A DNA stretch of 64,000 bases from an uncultured virus (IMG/VR IMGVR_UViG_3300032294_002400) (IMGVR_UViG_3300032294_002400), one strand, 5' to 3'; positions 39,135-49,190 are shown, counted from the stretch's first letter. The notes: generated by a model not told the origin, from the letters alone. Numbers and translations: made by a program.

Positions 39135-39319
39135 TGAGCGTCGAAGTTACGGATGGAAACGCTTACTCATTCATTGGAGCTGGACGCAAAGCATTGTTGC
39201 GGCAAGGACGTCATGAACAGGTTCAACAGTTCACCGAAGAGATGACCTCAGGAGACTACGACCATCTCATTCAAACATTCCTTAAGTGGTTTCCAGATGC
39301 GGAGATACATACATCATGA
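39134..39319 (+). CDS. Hypothetical phage protein
   Basis: DGNAYS.IG....AL...G......F..E..SGDYDHL motif. Confidence 0.7.
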   Translation: MSVEVTDGNAYSFIGAGRKALLRQGRHEQVQQFTEEMTSGDYDHLIQTFLKWFPDAEIHTS

Positions 39320-39681
39320 TAGCAGCATTGCGAATTAACACAGACTTCACGACAGAAGTCTTAGATCTTGAAGAGGACACTCTTGGAAAGCTACAAGATG
39401 CGGTAGGTGGTTGGGTACAAGCAATTGACCTACAGGAGAACTTAACTCTCTGGTGTAACGAAGAAGGGAAGCTCGCTGGCTTACCGACTAACGTAATTGG
39501 AACTCATCTATGGGAAAAGTCATTTGGTATGACAGACATCATTATGGGTGACATCGTCTTCACCGGTGGTACAGGCGACCAAGGTGAGAACCTGCCTTTA
39601 CCTCACGCATGGCAAGTACAACTCGAAGAACTTGCGAAGAAGCTTCGCAGTGCTTACGAGGGACAGGTTACGGTCATCTAA
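39316..39681 (+). CDS. DUF3846 family protein
   Basis: LQ.AVGGW......LWCNEEGKL.GLP.N...D.I.G.IVFTG. Confidence 0.8.
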   Translation: MIAALRINTDFTTEVLDLEEDTLGKLQDAVGGWVQAIDLQENLTLWCNEEGKLAGLPTNVIGTHLWEKSFGMTDIIMGDIVFTGGTGDQGENLPLPHAWQVQLEELAKKLRSAYEGQVTVI

Positions 39682-39879
39682 TGGCGAGAAATGAAGCTGC
39701 GGGCATCTGGGAAATCCGTGATGTTCATACAGGAGAACGCATCTCTAAGTTTCGTGCCCGTAAACGCGCGGACGTTACTAGATACCTGGAGATGGCGCGG
39801 ATTGGTCTAAAACGACCAATAGAAGATTTCGAGGCAGTATTTATTACCGAATGGGAATAAACATGTTATAATAGCACTA

Positions 39880-40168
39880 ACAACTTAATACTTAGGTTTG
39901 GACTTACTGAATCTTGGAGCGTAAGGGTATCCCATGGGGACACTACTCCCGATAAGCTGACACGGCGCCGCGGGTAGGGGCAGCTTGGTTCAGGACAAAG
40001 ACCGGAACAAAACTAACTTAGGAAAGTTCGGAGTAAAACCTGATAGCAAGATCTACATCAGGTACTGCGCAAAAAGTGAGGCGCGACTCAAAGCCTTCGT
40101 GCGTGAAAGTCTGTCCACATGTTTGAGGCTGGTCGTATCCCGGAATGGTGCGGCCAGCTTCATTCTTT
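39880..40168 (+). ncRNA. Putative structured non-coding RNA
   Basis: Cassette promoter at 39862-39872, no leader or credible ORF, many stems, 15-bp terminal hairpin 40125-40161. Confidence 0.6.
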
Positions 40169-40392
40169 ACGGTGTTGTACTTTTTATTATAACCATGTTA
40201 TAATTAGACTATCAACCACCGAACAAGGGAGAATGATTAAATGAATAGCCTTATACTTACAGTAGTTGGAAAAGACGGAAAGACATCACAACCCGTTTAT
40301 GAAGTACACTCGTACGAAAAGGCAATTGAAATTATCAATGCCACATGGAGAATTGACCATGTTACCGACATTATAAAAGTAGAAATCGTGTA

Positions 40393-40632
40393 ATGACAAG
40401 TAACTACCCGCCAGGCGTCTCTGGATTTGAACCACAGATTGCTGGAGCTCATGAAAGCGAGAGCCTTCAAGAACTTGACTGCGGCAACGACGAGTGTGAC
40501 GCATGCTACGAGGTTCCAAGCTTTGAAGAGTATTCCCATGATACGGTCACATGGACTGCTGAATGGGTCTGTAACCAGTGCGGTGAGGAAAACTCCCGCG
40601 AAGGTTGGTACGACACAAACAATAGTTTCTAA
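40393..40632 (+). CDS. Small acidic Zn-binding protein
   Basis: SNYPPGV; Cys pairs. Confidence 0.6.
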   Translation: MTSNYPPGVSGFEPQIAGAHESESLQELDCGNDECDACYEVPSFEEYSHDTVTWTAEWVCNQCGEENSREGWYDTNNSF

Positions 40633-40666
40633 ACTGAGTATGATTAACTTAACCAAAGGAGAGAAC

Positions 40667-40882
40667 GTGGAGTCTACCATTACTGAAGAAGTAGTAGAAG
40701 AGACAGTTCAAGAGTCATACGGCTGGGTTCCTTGTGACTCCTGCCAGACAGCCCAGGCAATCTGGAAGGTTACCGGGAACTCCGGAGAGCTATTCTTTTG
40801 CGGCCATCACAAAAACAAGATGGAAGCTGGACTTACCGGTTGGGCAAAGGAATTTACCGAGATTGTTTACTTTGACAAGTAA
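40667..40882 (+). CDS. Small Zn-binding protein
   Basis: CDSC...ELFFCGHH. Confidence 0.6.
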   Translation: MESTITEEVVEETVQESYGWVPCDSCQTAQAIWKVTGNSGELFFCGHHKNKMEAGLTGWAKEFTEIVYFDK

Positions 40883-40929
40883 ACATGTTATAATTAAACC
40901 ATAACGACGCAACGACGAAAGGAACTACA

Positions 40930-41220
40930 ATGGGTATCGCTTCAGTAGGAACATCATTACAAGGACACATCACCACCACAATGCGCGAACTGAACTCAGT
41001 GTTCGGCGAACCAACTTTTTACTACCCAGGTGACAAGGTTACCGTCGAATGGGAACATACATTTGACGATGGAACAGTAGTCACAATCTATGATTGGAAG
41101 CGTTACGACGCTGGAGTCCCAGACATGGATGAAATCATGGAGTACAACATCGGTGGATTTAACAGAGATGCGGCAGAAAAAGTCAAGATGGCTGTACTTC
41201 TTGGAACAAATAAGATATAA
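40930..41220 (+). CDS. Hypothetical phage protein
   Basis: GTSLQG.I..T..EL..VFG.P...KV..EW...TIYDWK motif. Confidence 0.7.
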   Translation: MGIASVGTSLQGHITTTMRELNSVFGEPTFYYPGDKVTVEWEHTFDDGTVVTIYDWKRYDAGVPDMDEIMEYNIGGFNRDAAEKVKMAVLLGTNKI

Positions 41221-41617
41221 TTATCTTATCAACGACGAAAGGACAATCACATGAATATCGAACTTACCGACAAGGACATCGAGCTAATCCTCCGCGCGCT
41301 TGGCAAGGAAAAGAAATTCTGCCAGGACTCAGGATTTTACGGACTGTCACACATGAACTCAGATTTGATGGCTCGCATTAAGAGTCAGATCCCGGTAGTC
41401 GCGTAATGCTGAAGGAGTATTGCGATACATGCGGTGACCTTGAGTCCAACCACCAAGCTAACCAGGCAGAGAGCGAAAGATTTATCTCCACAGTGAGGGA
41501 AGTCATTTCCATGGGAATGCCAGAAAGACAAGCGCAGGTGCTTGACCAAATTTTATATGACTGGCGAACACACACGCTCCCAGCATGCGACCCACTTTCA
41601 ATAGATTAGGAACACAA

Positions 41618-42217
41618 ATGGAAAAACGACCCAGAATTAAAAAGCAGGTGCCAGTAACGCAACATCAAACGTTGCCGTTTATCGCTACTGCCGCTGTAAA
41701 CATCATAGAGGACGCACCAACCCGTGCGGCGTACGTAAAAGCTCTTCGCATGAAGGGTTGGACGCTCCAAGCGATTGCAAGTGCATTAGGAGTTACACGC
41801 GAGCGTGTTCGTCAAATCGAAAACACCGCTTCGCCATCTCTTCTTGTTCACGTATTATCTAACCCTGGCAACTTCCCAGTTCCGGAGCTAGAAATGCGTG
41901 AAGTCGAGATAGCAGACCCTACACTCATCGTCCCAAGTGAAGCTACACTAAAACGATTACTAGAACTTAAGCCATTTGCGCAGAAAGTTCGCTGGGACCA
42001 ACCAGAGCATCGTGCGGCTGCAGAAGAGTACACAGCTTTGCTATGGCACGCTCATTCGGTTGAAGGTGTAACCGTCTACCGATTAGCCAAGTGTTTAGGG
42101 GTTACCCACGGAGCTATTCGGTTCCGTTTAGCTCGCTACGGATACATTCAGCCTATAACTGGAAAAAGTAAAGCCTATACTCCAATCAAGGACAAGAACC
42201 GAGCGAGTTTACTATGA
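41618..42217 (+). CDS. Double HTH (sigma70 region 4-like) DNA-binding protein
   Basis: GWTLQAIASALGVTRERVRQI; GVTVYRLAKCLGVT. Confidence 0.75.
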   Translation: MEKRPRIKKQVPVTQHQTLPFIATAAVNIIEDAPTRAAYVKALRMKGWTLQAIASALGVTRERVRQIENTASPSLLVHVLSNPGNFPVPELEMREVEIADPTLIVPSEATLKRLLELKPFAQKVRWDQPEHRAAAEEYTALLWHAHSVEGVTVYRLAKCLGVTHGAIRFRLARYGYIQPITGKSKAYTPIKDKNRASLL

Positions 42218-42371
42218 GCGACTTGTATGATTTAGTTAACGTATTCGATGAGGCTGGAACCTGGATGGGACAGTTCATTGATGAAGATACTGCAAAGGAT
42301 TGGCTTAAGAAGCACGAGCTAGATTCTTCGAAGTACGAGATTTCGAAGAGACGACCAGAATGGGAGAGAAA

Positions 42372-42632
42372 GAAGTGAACGCGGACAAACTACAAATAAT
42401 CGACTCTTCCTATCACCGTAATGGCGTAGCTGGTATGCCGTTCACTGTAGCTCTCGTCGACGACCCTGAACAGGCAGACGTAAAACTTGTCATCATGTTC
42501 GAGACTGAAGGACATACCGCTGTCCTAAGCTTGGATAAGCTTGTCGAGGAAGATATTCATTTCGGATCTAACTCGTGGCGCGGTGACCAGTATGAAGAAG
42601 CTCTTCGCTCAAAGTTGTTCGAAGACGCTTAA
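42372..42632 (+). CDS. Hypothetical phage protein
   Basis: YHRNGV.G.PF...NSWRGD.YE..LR motif; exact start uncertain. Confidence 0.65.
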   Translation, partial: EVNADKLQIIDSSYHRNGVAGMPFTVALVDDPEQADVKLVIMFETEGHTAVLSLDKLVEEDIHFGSNSWRGDQYEEALRSKLFEDA

Positions 42633-42719
42633 TAGATTTCTGTAGTGTATTCCAATCCGCTACAGAACGACCTGGGTACGTCATTAAACTGCCTACCTAA
42701 CAATGTCGAAAGGACACCA

Positions 42720-42962
42720 ATGATAGTAGCAACATTACATAAGAGCAAGGCACCAAACGCTGCCTGGCTAGTAGAGGTTAAGGACCTTGCGACTGGTGAA
42801 TCACGCCGCGGAGCATTTAAGTCTCTTGGACCTGCTAAGCGCGAGGCAGTGATTTATGCCAGCGCATTTCTAGATACCGAGCGAAAGCGTCTACCTTGGG
42901 TAGAAGACCTAGCTCAAGCTGAGCAGGGTATCGGTTACTTCCGTGCCGAGGTAGATGCGTAA
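42720..42962 (+). CDS. Hypothetical protein
   Basis: GAAAGGA leader. Confidence 0.6.
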   Translation: MIVATLHKSKAPNAAWLVEVKDLATGESRRGAFKSLGPAKREAVIYASAFLDTERKRLPWVEDLAQAEQGIGYFRAEVDA

Positions 42963-43210
42963 TGGACCAAATTGCCGAGCAGACAAGAGCCGTAGAAGAA
43001 CTGTCTACGTCTCCTTGTCAATGCATCGTCTATCACCCTAAGGCTTCTTCCGATGAGTGGAAGCGAGTTTATAAGGACTGGGAGGATACGGGTAGAACCA
43101 GCATGCAGATGCTGGTACAGCTCTTCGAGCGTTGCCCTAACCAAGCCTAATTTTACTTTCCTGACCGAACCTGATATAATAGTACTATAACAACGACGGA
43201 AAGGATAAAC

Positions 43211-43546
43211 ATGGGTATAGAGACACTAGTTTCCGAGATTACCTTGGGAGCACATGATTCTGACTTAATCAGACTAAAGGACGCGATTGACGCACGCCTA
43301 AAGGCTTCACGTTCTTCACGGACACTTGCAGACTTTAACATCGGTGATACGGTAGTCTTCAATGATCTAACTGCAACTCGTTACATGGTTGGCCAAAAGG
43401 CAACCGTGACAGGGATGAAGCAGAAGAAGGTCACTGTAAGACTGGAGACACCCGTTGGAAGGTTTGCCCACGTAAACCCAGTGACAGGTAGAGTTGAATC
43501 TGCCAACATTACGGTTCCAGTGGCTATAATTGATCTCGTAAAGTAA
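43211..43546 (+). CDS. Hypothetical protein (SH3/KOW-like)
   Basis: FNIGDTVVF; promoter and leader cassette. Confidence 0.65.
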   Translation: MGIETLVSEITLGAHDSDLIRLKDAIDARLKASRSSRTLADFNIGDTVVFNDLTATRYMVGQKATVTGMKQKKVTVRLETPVGRFAHVNPVTGRVESANITVPVAIIDLVK

Positions 43547-43615
43547 GACGTAGTCCAGGCGCTTAGGATACAGTTTACCTAGCGCCTGGAGGCGTCTTAT
43601 TGGGAGAGGAATACC

Positions 43616-44182
43616 GTGACTACTCTTGCGGCGATTCAAGGCGACGGCTGGTCAGTCATCGGTTGTGATTCACGAGCATCTGATGAAGATGGTCGTTTCA
43701 TGGTACTTGCGACTCATAAGATAGTAGACAACAATGGAGTTCTCATTGCGGTGTCTGGTGCTTCGCGAGGTGGCAACATTGCGCAGTTCGGTTGGAAACC
43801 TCCAGTCCCTACTCGTAGCGAAGACCTCGACGTTTTTATGACAAAGAAGTTTATACCGTCACTTCGTAAAGCTTTCGTTGATGCGGGCTTTGAAGGAAAA
43901 GAAGATGGTGATGCTGCTTGGCACGATTCGAACTTAATTGTTTCGGTACGCGGAGTAATATACCCAATATTCAATGACTACAGCTGGGACAGAGAAGCTA
44001 GGAACGTCTACTACGCAGGTAGCGGTGGTGACATAGCTCTTGGCGCTTTAGAAGCTCTTGACTTTCAAAAGGTTAAGACTCCTGAAGCTGCAGAGAAAAT
44101 ATTACGGCGAGCTATACAAGCAGCTTGCAAACATGACATCTACTCCGGTGGAGAGATTCATACATACATACAAGAAGAGTAA
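43616..44182 (+). CDS. Ntn-hydrolase (proteasome beta/HslV-like) protease
   Basis: N-terminal (M)TT, DSR, K, YAGSGG..ALGAL, DIYSGG. Confidence 0.85.
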   Translation: MTTLAAIQGDGWSVIGCDSRASDEDGRFMVLATHKIVDNNGVLIAVSGASRGGNIAQFGWKPPVPTRSEDLDVFMTKKFIPSLRKAFVDAGFEGKEDGDAAWHDSNLIVSVRGVIYPIFNDYSWDREARNVYYAGSGGDIALGALEALDFQKVKTPEAAEKILRRAIQAACKHDIYSGGEIHTYIQEE

Positions 44183-44222
44183 GTTACCGACAGGTAACTT
44201 ATCCTGATATAATAGTACTATA

Positions 44223-44777
44223 ATGACAAATGACAAAGAGACGAGAAAAGACATGGCAAAGGTAATTAACATCGAAACAGGATACGCACCAGCTCACGAA
44301 ATTGTTGACTGGGATTTCCCACTGTGGAGTGAGATCATGCCTAACCTATGGGTTGGCGGTACGGATGACGATGACACAATTGAAGACTCTGTAAACCTCC
44401 ACGCAACTCGTAAAATCACTAAAGAAGATTTTGACGCGGTAGTCACACTTTATGCATGGGCACAGCCAGTCGACTGGATGGTCGAGGAACTACGGTTCGG
44501 ATTTTATGACTCCGGAATTGCTCACATTGACATGGAAGCATTACATCGCGCAGCTTCATTTGCGGTTGACCACGTTCGTGATGGCAATAAGGTTTTAATT
44601 CGTTGCCAGGCTGGGTTGAATCGCTCTGGTCTTACCGCTGCTCTAGCTCTAATCCAAATGGGCTACAAGCCAGACGAGGCAATTGATCTCTTGCGAGCAA
44701 AGCGTAGTCGCTATGTCTTGATTAACAAAGAGTTCGAAGAGTTCTTATTGGCGTTAGAAGATGATAACGATGAGTAA
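44223..44777 (+). CDS. Dual-specificity protein phosphatase
   Basis: VLIRCQAGLNRSG (CX5R). Confidence 0.9.
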   Translation: MTNDKETRKDMAKVINIETGYAPAHEIVDWDFPLWSEIMPNLWVGGTDDDDTIEDSVNLHATRKITKEDFDAVVTLYAWAQPVDWMVEELRFGFYDSGIAHIDMEALHRAASFAVDHVRDGNKVLIRCQAGLNRSGLTAALALIQMGYKPDEAIDLLRAKRSRYVLINKEFEEFLLALEDDNDE

Positions 44778-45693
44778 GCTTCACATCGCTTACGATGACA
44801 TTTACCTGGACTGGCAATTAGGAAGCGGTGATGGCAGTCACCCAACAAATCCTATGCGAGCTAAGCTTGCGGTAGAGCTCCTTGAAGGTTTAGATCCAGT
44901 AATGGTAAACCCTGCTGCGTCTGAATCTGATAGAGATCTATTGAGTCATGTTCATAGTGATGGTTACATTTCTAAGGTGCTTGACAAAGGTCATTGCGGT
45001 GAATGGTATCCAGACCAGACACATCTTGGCAAGGTAGCTCTTGAAATGGCTGCGGGAACTATTCGTCTATACGAAAAGATCCTTAGCGGTGAAGCAAAGG
45101 TTGCGTTTAATCCTCAGGGAGCTAAGCACCATGCGCAGTACGACCACTCATCTGGTTTTTGCGTATTCAATGACATGGCGCTAGTCGCTAAGCTGTTTTC
45201 AGCTGTGGGGCTTAAGCCTATGTACATCGACTGGGATGCACATCACGGTGATGGCGTTGAAAACATCCTACGGGCATACCCCAATATAGTTACGGCAAGT
45301 ATTCACGAGGATGGAATCTTTCCTGGCACTGGTCTTGCAAGCGAGCCAGAAAACGGAGCTTACAATTGGCCGTTGAACAGTGAAGCTGGAGACGTAGATT
45401 TCTTAGACGCTATGAAGGAGATAGAAATCCTAGCTGATGAGATTCAGCCAGACGTAATCCTTCTAGCTACCGGAGCTGACGCACATCATTCAGATCCGTT
45501 ATCGTCTTTGACGTTTGATTACCCTGGCTATCGTGCAGCAGCTCGCATTATTGCGGACATTGCTAACAAGCATGCAAAGGGTCGAGTGCTTATTGGTGGA
45601 GCTGGAGGCTATCAGCCTCTTACCCATACTCCAAGAGTCTGGGCTGCGGTTGTATCTGAGATCTACAAGCATACTACTCACGTCGCCGTATAA
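44770..45693 (+). CDS. Zn-dependent histone deacetylase family protein (AcuC-like)
   Basis: GAKHHA, SGFCVFND, DWDAHHGDG, GADAH.SDPL, GAGGY. Confidence 0.9.
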   Translation: MSKLHIAYDDIYLDWQLGSGDGSHPTNPMRAKLAVELLEGLDPVMVNPAASESDRDLLSHVHSDGYISKVLDKGHCGEWYPDQTHLGKVALEMAAGTIRLYEKILSGEAKVAFNPQGAKHHAQYDHSSGFCVFNDMALVAKLFSAVGLKPMYIDWDAHHGDGVENILRAYPNIVTASIHEDGIFPGTGLASEPENGAYNWPLNSEAGDVDFLDAMKEIEILADEIQPDVILLATGADAHHSDPLSSLTFDYPGYRAAARIIADIANKHAKGRVLIGGAGGYQPLTHTPRVWAAVVSEIYKHTTHVAV

Positions 45694-45723
45694 CATTTCC
45701 TTTTATAAGGTACTATAGTACAC

Positions 45724-47115
45724 ATGGGAAAAAGTCTAGCACAGCTCATTGCGGCCATGTCCGACGAAGAGAAGGCTCAGGTTCTAGCAGGTCTAGACCC
45801 TGAGGCTCTTCAATGGGACTGGTCGTTTTGGGGTCGTCCCGAGCAGCAACGCCCTGAAGGTGATGAGTGGAATATCTGGATGTACCTTGCAGGTCGCGGT
45901 GCTGGTAAAACTCGCACGGCAGCTGAGTGGGTGCGTGAAGAAGCCAAGCACACAAATCAAGGGCAACGCCGTTTCGCGCTGGTAGCTCGTACAGCTGCTG
46001 ACGTACGTGACGTTATCGTTGAAGGTGAATCAGGAATCATTAACGTTACGCCTCCAAGCGAGCGACCTTTATACGAGCCGTCAAAGCGAAGACTAACTTG
46101 GCCAAATGGAAATACGGCAACATGCTTTACAGCCGACGAGCCAGATTCTCTTCGTGGACCTCAGTTCACACACGCTTGGGGAGATGAGGTTGCCGCTTGG
46201 CGTCAGACTCCAGATGGAGCTGGGCTTACCGCGTTTGAGAACTTACGTATTGGTACTCGTCTTGGTAAGAATCCAAAAATCATGATTACAACTACACCGA
46301 AGCGCGTACCGCTTCTTTATGAGCTACTTCGCGAAGCTGAGAAGAATCCTGAAAAGGTAATCATCACAAAAGGTTCGACGATGGATAACACAGGAAACCT
46401 TTCACAAGCTTACATGGACGGTATCCTCGGTGTGTACGAAGGAACTCGTCTAGCTGCACAAGAGCTTTACGGTGAGATGCTTTCAGATGTTGAAGGAGCT
46501 CTTTGGACTGTAGAGCTTATCGACAGGACTCGTCAGATGTCAGCGATGAACGCGCCATTGCGCGTAATCGGCGTCGACCCATCGGTAGCCGAGAATCCTC
46601 GCGATGAATGCGGCATCGTTGTTGTTTCGTCGACAGCCGAGCGAGATCTTTACAAGCGGCAGAGCTGGGTGCTTGAGGATGCTTCAATCTTAGGCTCACC
46701 CGATGTGTGGGCTAACCGTGTTGTTGCCATGGCTCGTAAATGGGGCTGCCCTGTGGTCGCGGAAGTAAACCAAGGCGGTGCGTTGGTGCGCAACGCCATT
46801 AACACAATTGACCCAACTGTAAAGGTTCTTGAAGTCCACTCCAAATACGGCAAGGCACTTCGCGCTGAGCCTATTACCTTGGCTTACGAACAGGACCGCG
46901 TTCACCACGTTGGCTATCTAGCTGACCTAGAGTCCCAGATGACCGCGTGGATTCCAGGCGAAGGCAAATCCCCTGACCGAGTCGATGCCCTGGTCCATGC
47001 CCTTACCGCGTTACTCATCAAGCCACCTGCGGGATTCGTGGGAGGGCGGATTACCGCCAAGTCCCCTGCGGGTAGGAAGATTCCTAATATTAGAAACACC
47101 TTTAAGGTCAGATAG
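45724..47115 (+). CDS. terL: Terminase large subunit
   Basis: AGRGAGKT, LRGPQF..AW.DE, ITTTP, IGVDP, SPDRVDA. Confidence 0.95.
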   Translation: MGKSLAQLIAAMSDEEKAQVLAGLDPEALQWDWSFWGRPEQQRPEGDEWNIWMYLAGRGAGKTRTAAEWVREEAKHTNQGQRRFALVARTAADVRDVIVEGESGIINVTPPSERPLYEPSKRRLTWPNGNTATCFTADEPDSLRGPQFTHAWGDEVAAWRQTPDGAGLTAFENLRIGTRLGKNPKIMITTTPKRVPLLYELLREAEKNPEKVIITKGSTMDNTGNLSQAYMDGILGVYEGTRLAAQELYGEMLSDVEGALWTVELIDRTRQMSAMNAPLRVIGVDPSVAENPRDECGIVVVSSTAERDLYKRQSWVLEDASILGSPDVWANRVVAMARKWGCPVVAEVNQGGALVRNAINTIDPTVKVLEVHSKYGKALRAEPITLAYEQDRVHHVGYLADLESQMTAWIPGEGKSPDRVDALVHALTALLIKPPAGFVGGRITAKSPAGRKIPNIRNTFKVR

Positions 47116-47476
47116 TTACATTTTCCCAACCTTCCTGATATAATTATCCTAACAACGACGGAAGGAAAGAAAAAATGTCATCAACAACAACAGCTCTCGT
47201 AGCATACTTCGCAGGAGTACTACTAATCGCGGCTCCATTCATCATCGACTCCATCAAGCACGAGCGTCGCATGAAGAAGGGTCGTCGCTAATCATGAACC
47301 CATTCACAGCGGTAATCGATTGGCTTGACGAGTACGCAGACGTTGCGGCACCAGTTGGTGCCTTCGTAGGTGTGGCAATTGCAGTCGCACTTATGTTTAT
47401 CTTCGGATAACCCTACATCTTCCTGATTTACCTGTTATAATTATCTTGTACAGCCCAATGACGAAAGGACAAGAAC

Positions 47477-47758
47477 ATGTCAACAGTAAAAGAGTATCGC
47501 CGTAAGGGATTCCAAGCTCGCCGAGTCTCATTCGCGCTCAAAGTAATTGCGGGTCTATGGACGATTGCCATGATTGGTATCTTCGTAACCTCACCTACGC
47601 TAATAGGATTTCTAGCGATGATTGCTGGTTCAGTTTCTTTCATTATCCCTTCACTGCTCATCGCGTCTGTCTACGATGACCGTGCAGAGCGCTTCTTCAA
47701 CCTTGCGGCTGCCCACAAGCAGGTAGCTCTTCTTGGAGTAGTTCAACCTAGAAAGTAA
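47477..47758 (+). CDS. Two-TM membrane protein
   Basis: Promoter and leader cassette; two hydrophobic helices. Confidence 0.6.
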   Translation: MSTVKEYRRKGFQARRVSFALKVIAGLWTIAMIGIFVTSPTLIGFLAMIAGSVSFIIPSLLIASVYDDRAERFFNLAAAHKQVALLGVVQPRK

Positions 47759-47815
47759 GTGTACAAGTAAAGGAAAAAGGGTTATAGTTCTACCAACGAC
47801 AAATACGGAGGAATA

Positions 47816-48268
47816 ATGACGCAAGGTACTAGCCAACGAGAACAGATCTATGTCTATGACACTTGTTCTGCATGTCAAGAATCCAACGTACTTGTATATG
47901 AACTAAACAACAGCCTTCTCTGTGCTGAGCACTATAGAGATAAGACAAGACTAATAAAAAGAGCTACACCCTGCGACAAGTGCGGAGCTGACAATGCCGT
48001 CAGAGATCCGTCACATCGTAGGAACGAGTATCTCTGCTGGTCATGTCATCAGGAAAATGGATTCGTGGTCAATGACTCTGTAATCAAGCGAGCTATCGTT
48101 TCACTTGTCAACAACTTCACTCGAGGAACTAAGATTAAGTGCGACGCAGCTGGTTACGGTAGTGACTGCGATAACAACGTAAAACCTCGTGGTCCATGGG
48201 GCGGAAGAGCTCTTTGCGATACTCATGGAAAAACCCCACCGAAGCCACAAAAAGGCACAAAATCTTGA
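47816..48268 (+). CDS. Multi zinc-finger protein
   Basis: Repeated CxxC and CxxH motifs. Confidence 0.65.
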   Translation: MTQGTSQREQIYVYDTCSACQESNVLVYELNNSLLCAEHYRDKTRLIKRATPCDKCGADNAVRDPSHRRNEYLCWSCHQENGFVVNDSVIKRAIVSLVNNFTRGTKIKCDAAGYGSDCDNNVKPRGPWGGRALCDTHGKTPPKPQKGTKS

Positions 48269-48310
48269 GCAGTCGTATTTTGCTCAAAGTAAACCTACGA
48301 AAGGAAAGCA

Positions 48311-48496
48311 ATGACAACATCAACTGTAACTCCAAACCAGGCAGCTCAGCTTTACTCAGAAGGAAAGTCCGTGGTTGAGGTAGCTCAGGCACTGGGCATT
48401 ACCTACGGCAAGGCTCGCAAGCTCATCGCCGAGTCTGGAACAGACATCCGCAACACGTCAGATCGACTCAAGGGCAAGACCCGAAAGACTAAGTAA
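48311..48496 (+). CDS. Small HTH protein
   Basis: LYSEGKSVVEVAQALGITYGKARKLI.ESG..IR. Confidence 0.75.
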   Translation: MTTSTVTPNQAAQLYSEGKSVVEVAQALGITYGKARKLIAESGTDIRNTSDRLKGKTRKTK

Positions 48497-49190
48497 TGCT
48501 GGATAGACTCATGCTGAGGCTGCAAAGCCTCATTTGGCCAGCTGTTATTTCGGCTGCCCTATCCTTCATTGCCGTCCTCGTAAGCCTTCTAACCCCGGAT
48601 AGAGGCACTTTGGTCCTAGCCCTAGGGTTATCAGCCGTGGCATGGGCATGCCTAGCTCAGACGGTCTAAACGTAATCCCTCCCTGGGTTCGCCCTGGGGA
48701 GGGGTTTACTTTCCCTCAAAATGGCGATATAATTAAGCCATCAAGAGGAAAGGAGGTAGATGAAATGGCGTTCCATGGGTTAATAAAAGACAGCCCACTA
48801 ATTACTGCTGTGCAACAGTCTACTCGTAGAGGGCGTAAGCATGCTAAGTACGAAGCTGAAATGGAAGAAATTTCAGCCTTACTACTACCTATGATAAATA
48901 AGCTAGAGGCATGGTTTGATTCACGTAAGAAAACTAAGGAGTAACTTAGTTAATAGGGCAAGCTGGTATCTAAAGGTGCCAGCTTTCCTAGTTTATGTGA
49001 TAAAGTAATACCTGCAAGAAACCAATTACGGAGAGACGAAAGGATACGACTATGTCATCCCTTCTTATCTCCGGCCATACGCAAGCGGTAGAGGACAAGC
49101 GAAAGCTTGAGGAGCGTATCGGTAGCAAGAAGCTCAGTGAGCAGTTATCACTGGGTTGTCCCATCCCCGACCTAAGGAGGCGAACTAGCG

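Larger units (their letters stand above)
30426..48735 (+). repeat. About 20 dispersed promoter+leader cassettes: (C/A)TG(A/T)TA(T/C)AAT then ACGACG(G/A)AAGGA
   Basis: Copies near 30427, 31373, 31859, 32195, 32953, 33229, 34827, 37664, 38020, 38346, 38893, 39862, 40194, 40884, 43170, 44203, 47134, 47431. Confidence 0.85.

Noticed and set aside
39985..40203. 72-aa ORF as a real gene
   Set aside because: TTG start with no leader motif, runs through a terminator hairpin and the next promoter; RNA structure explains the region better
30426..48735. Repeated ~20-nt motifs as a CRISPR array
   Set aside because: Spacing is irregular (hundreds of nt to kb), repeats contain -10 boxes and are followed by genes, and no cas genes are visible
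49010..49190. c-di-AMP (ydaO) riboswitch
   Set aside because: Context fits but the consensus segments are absent
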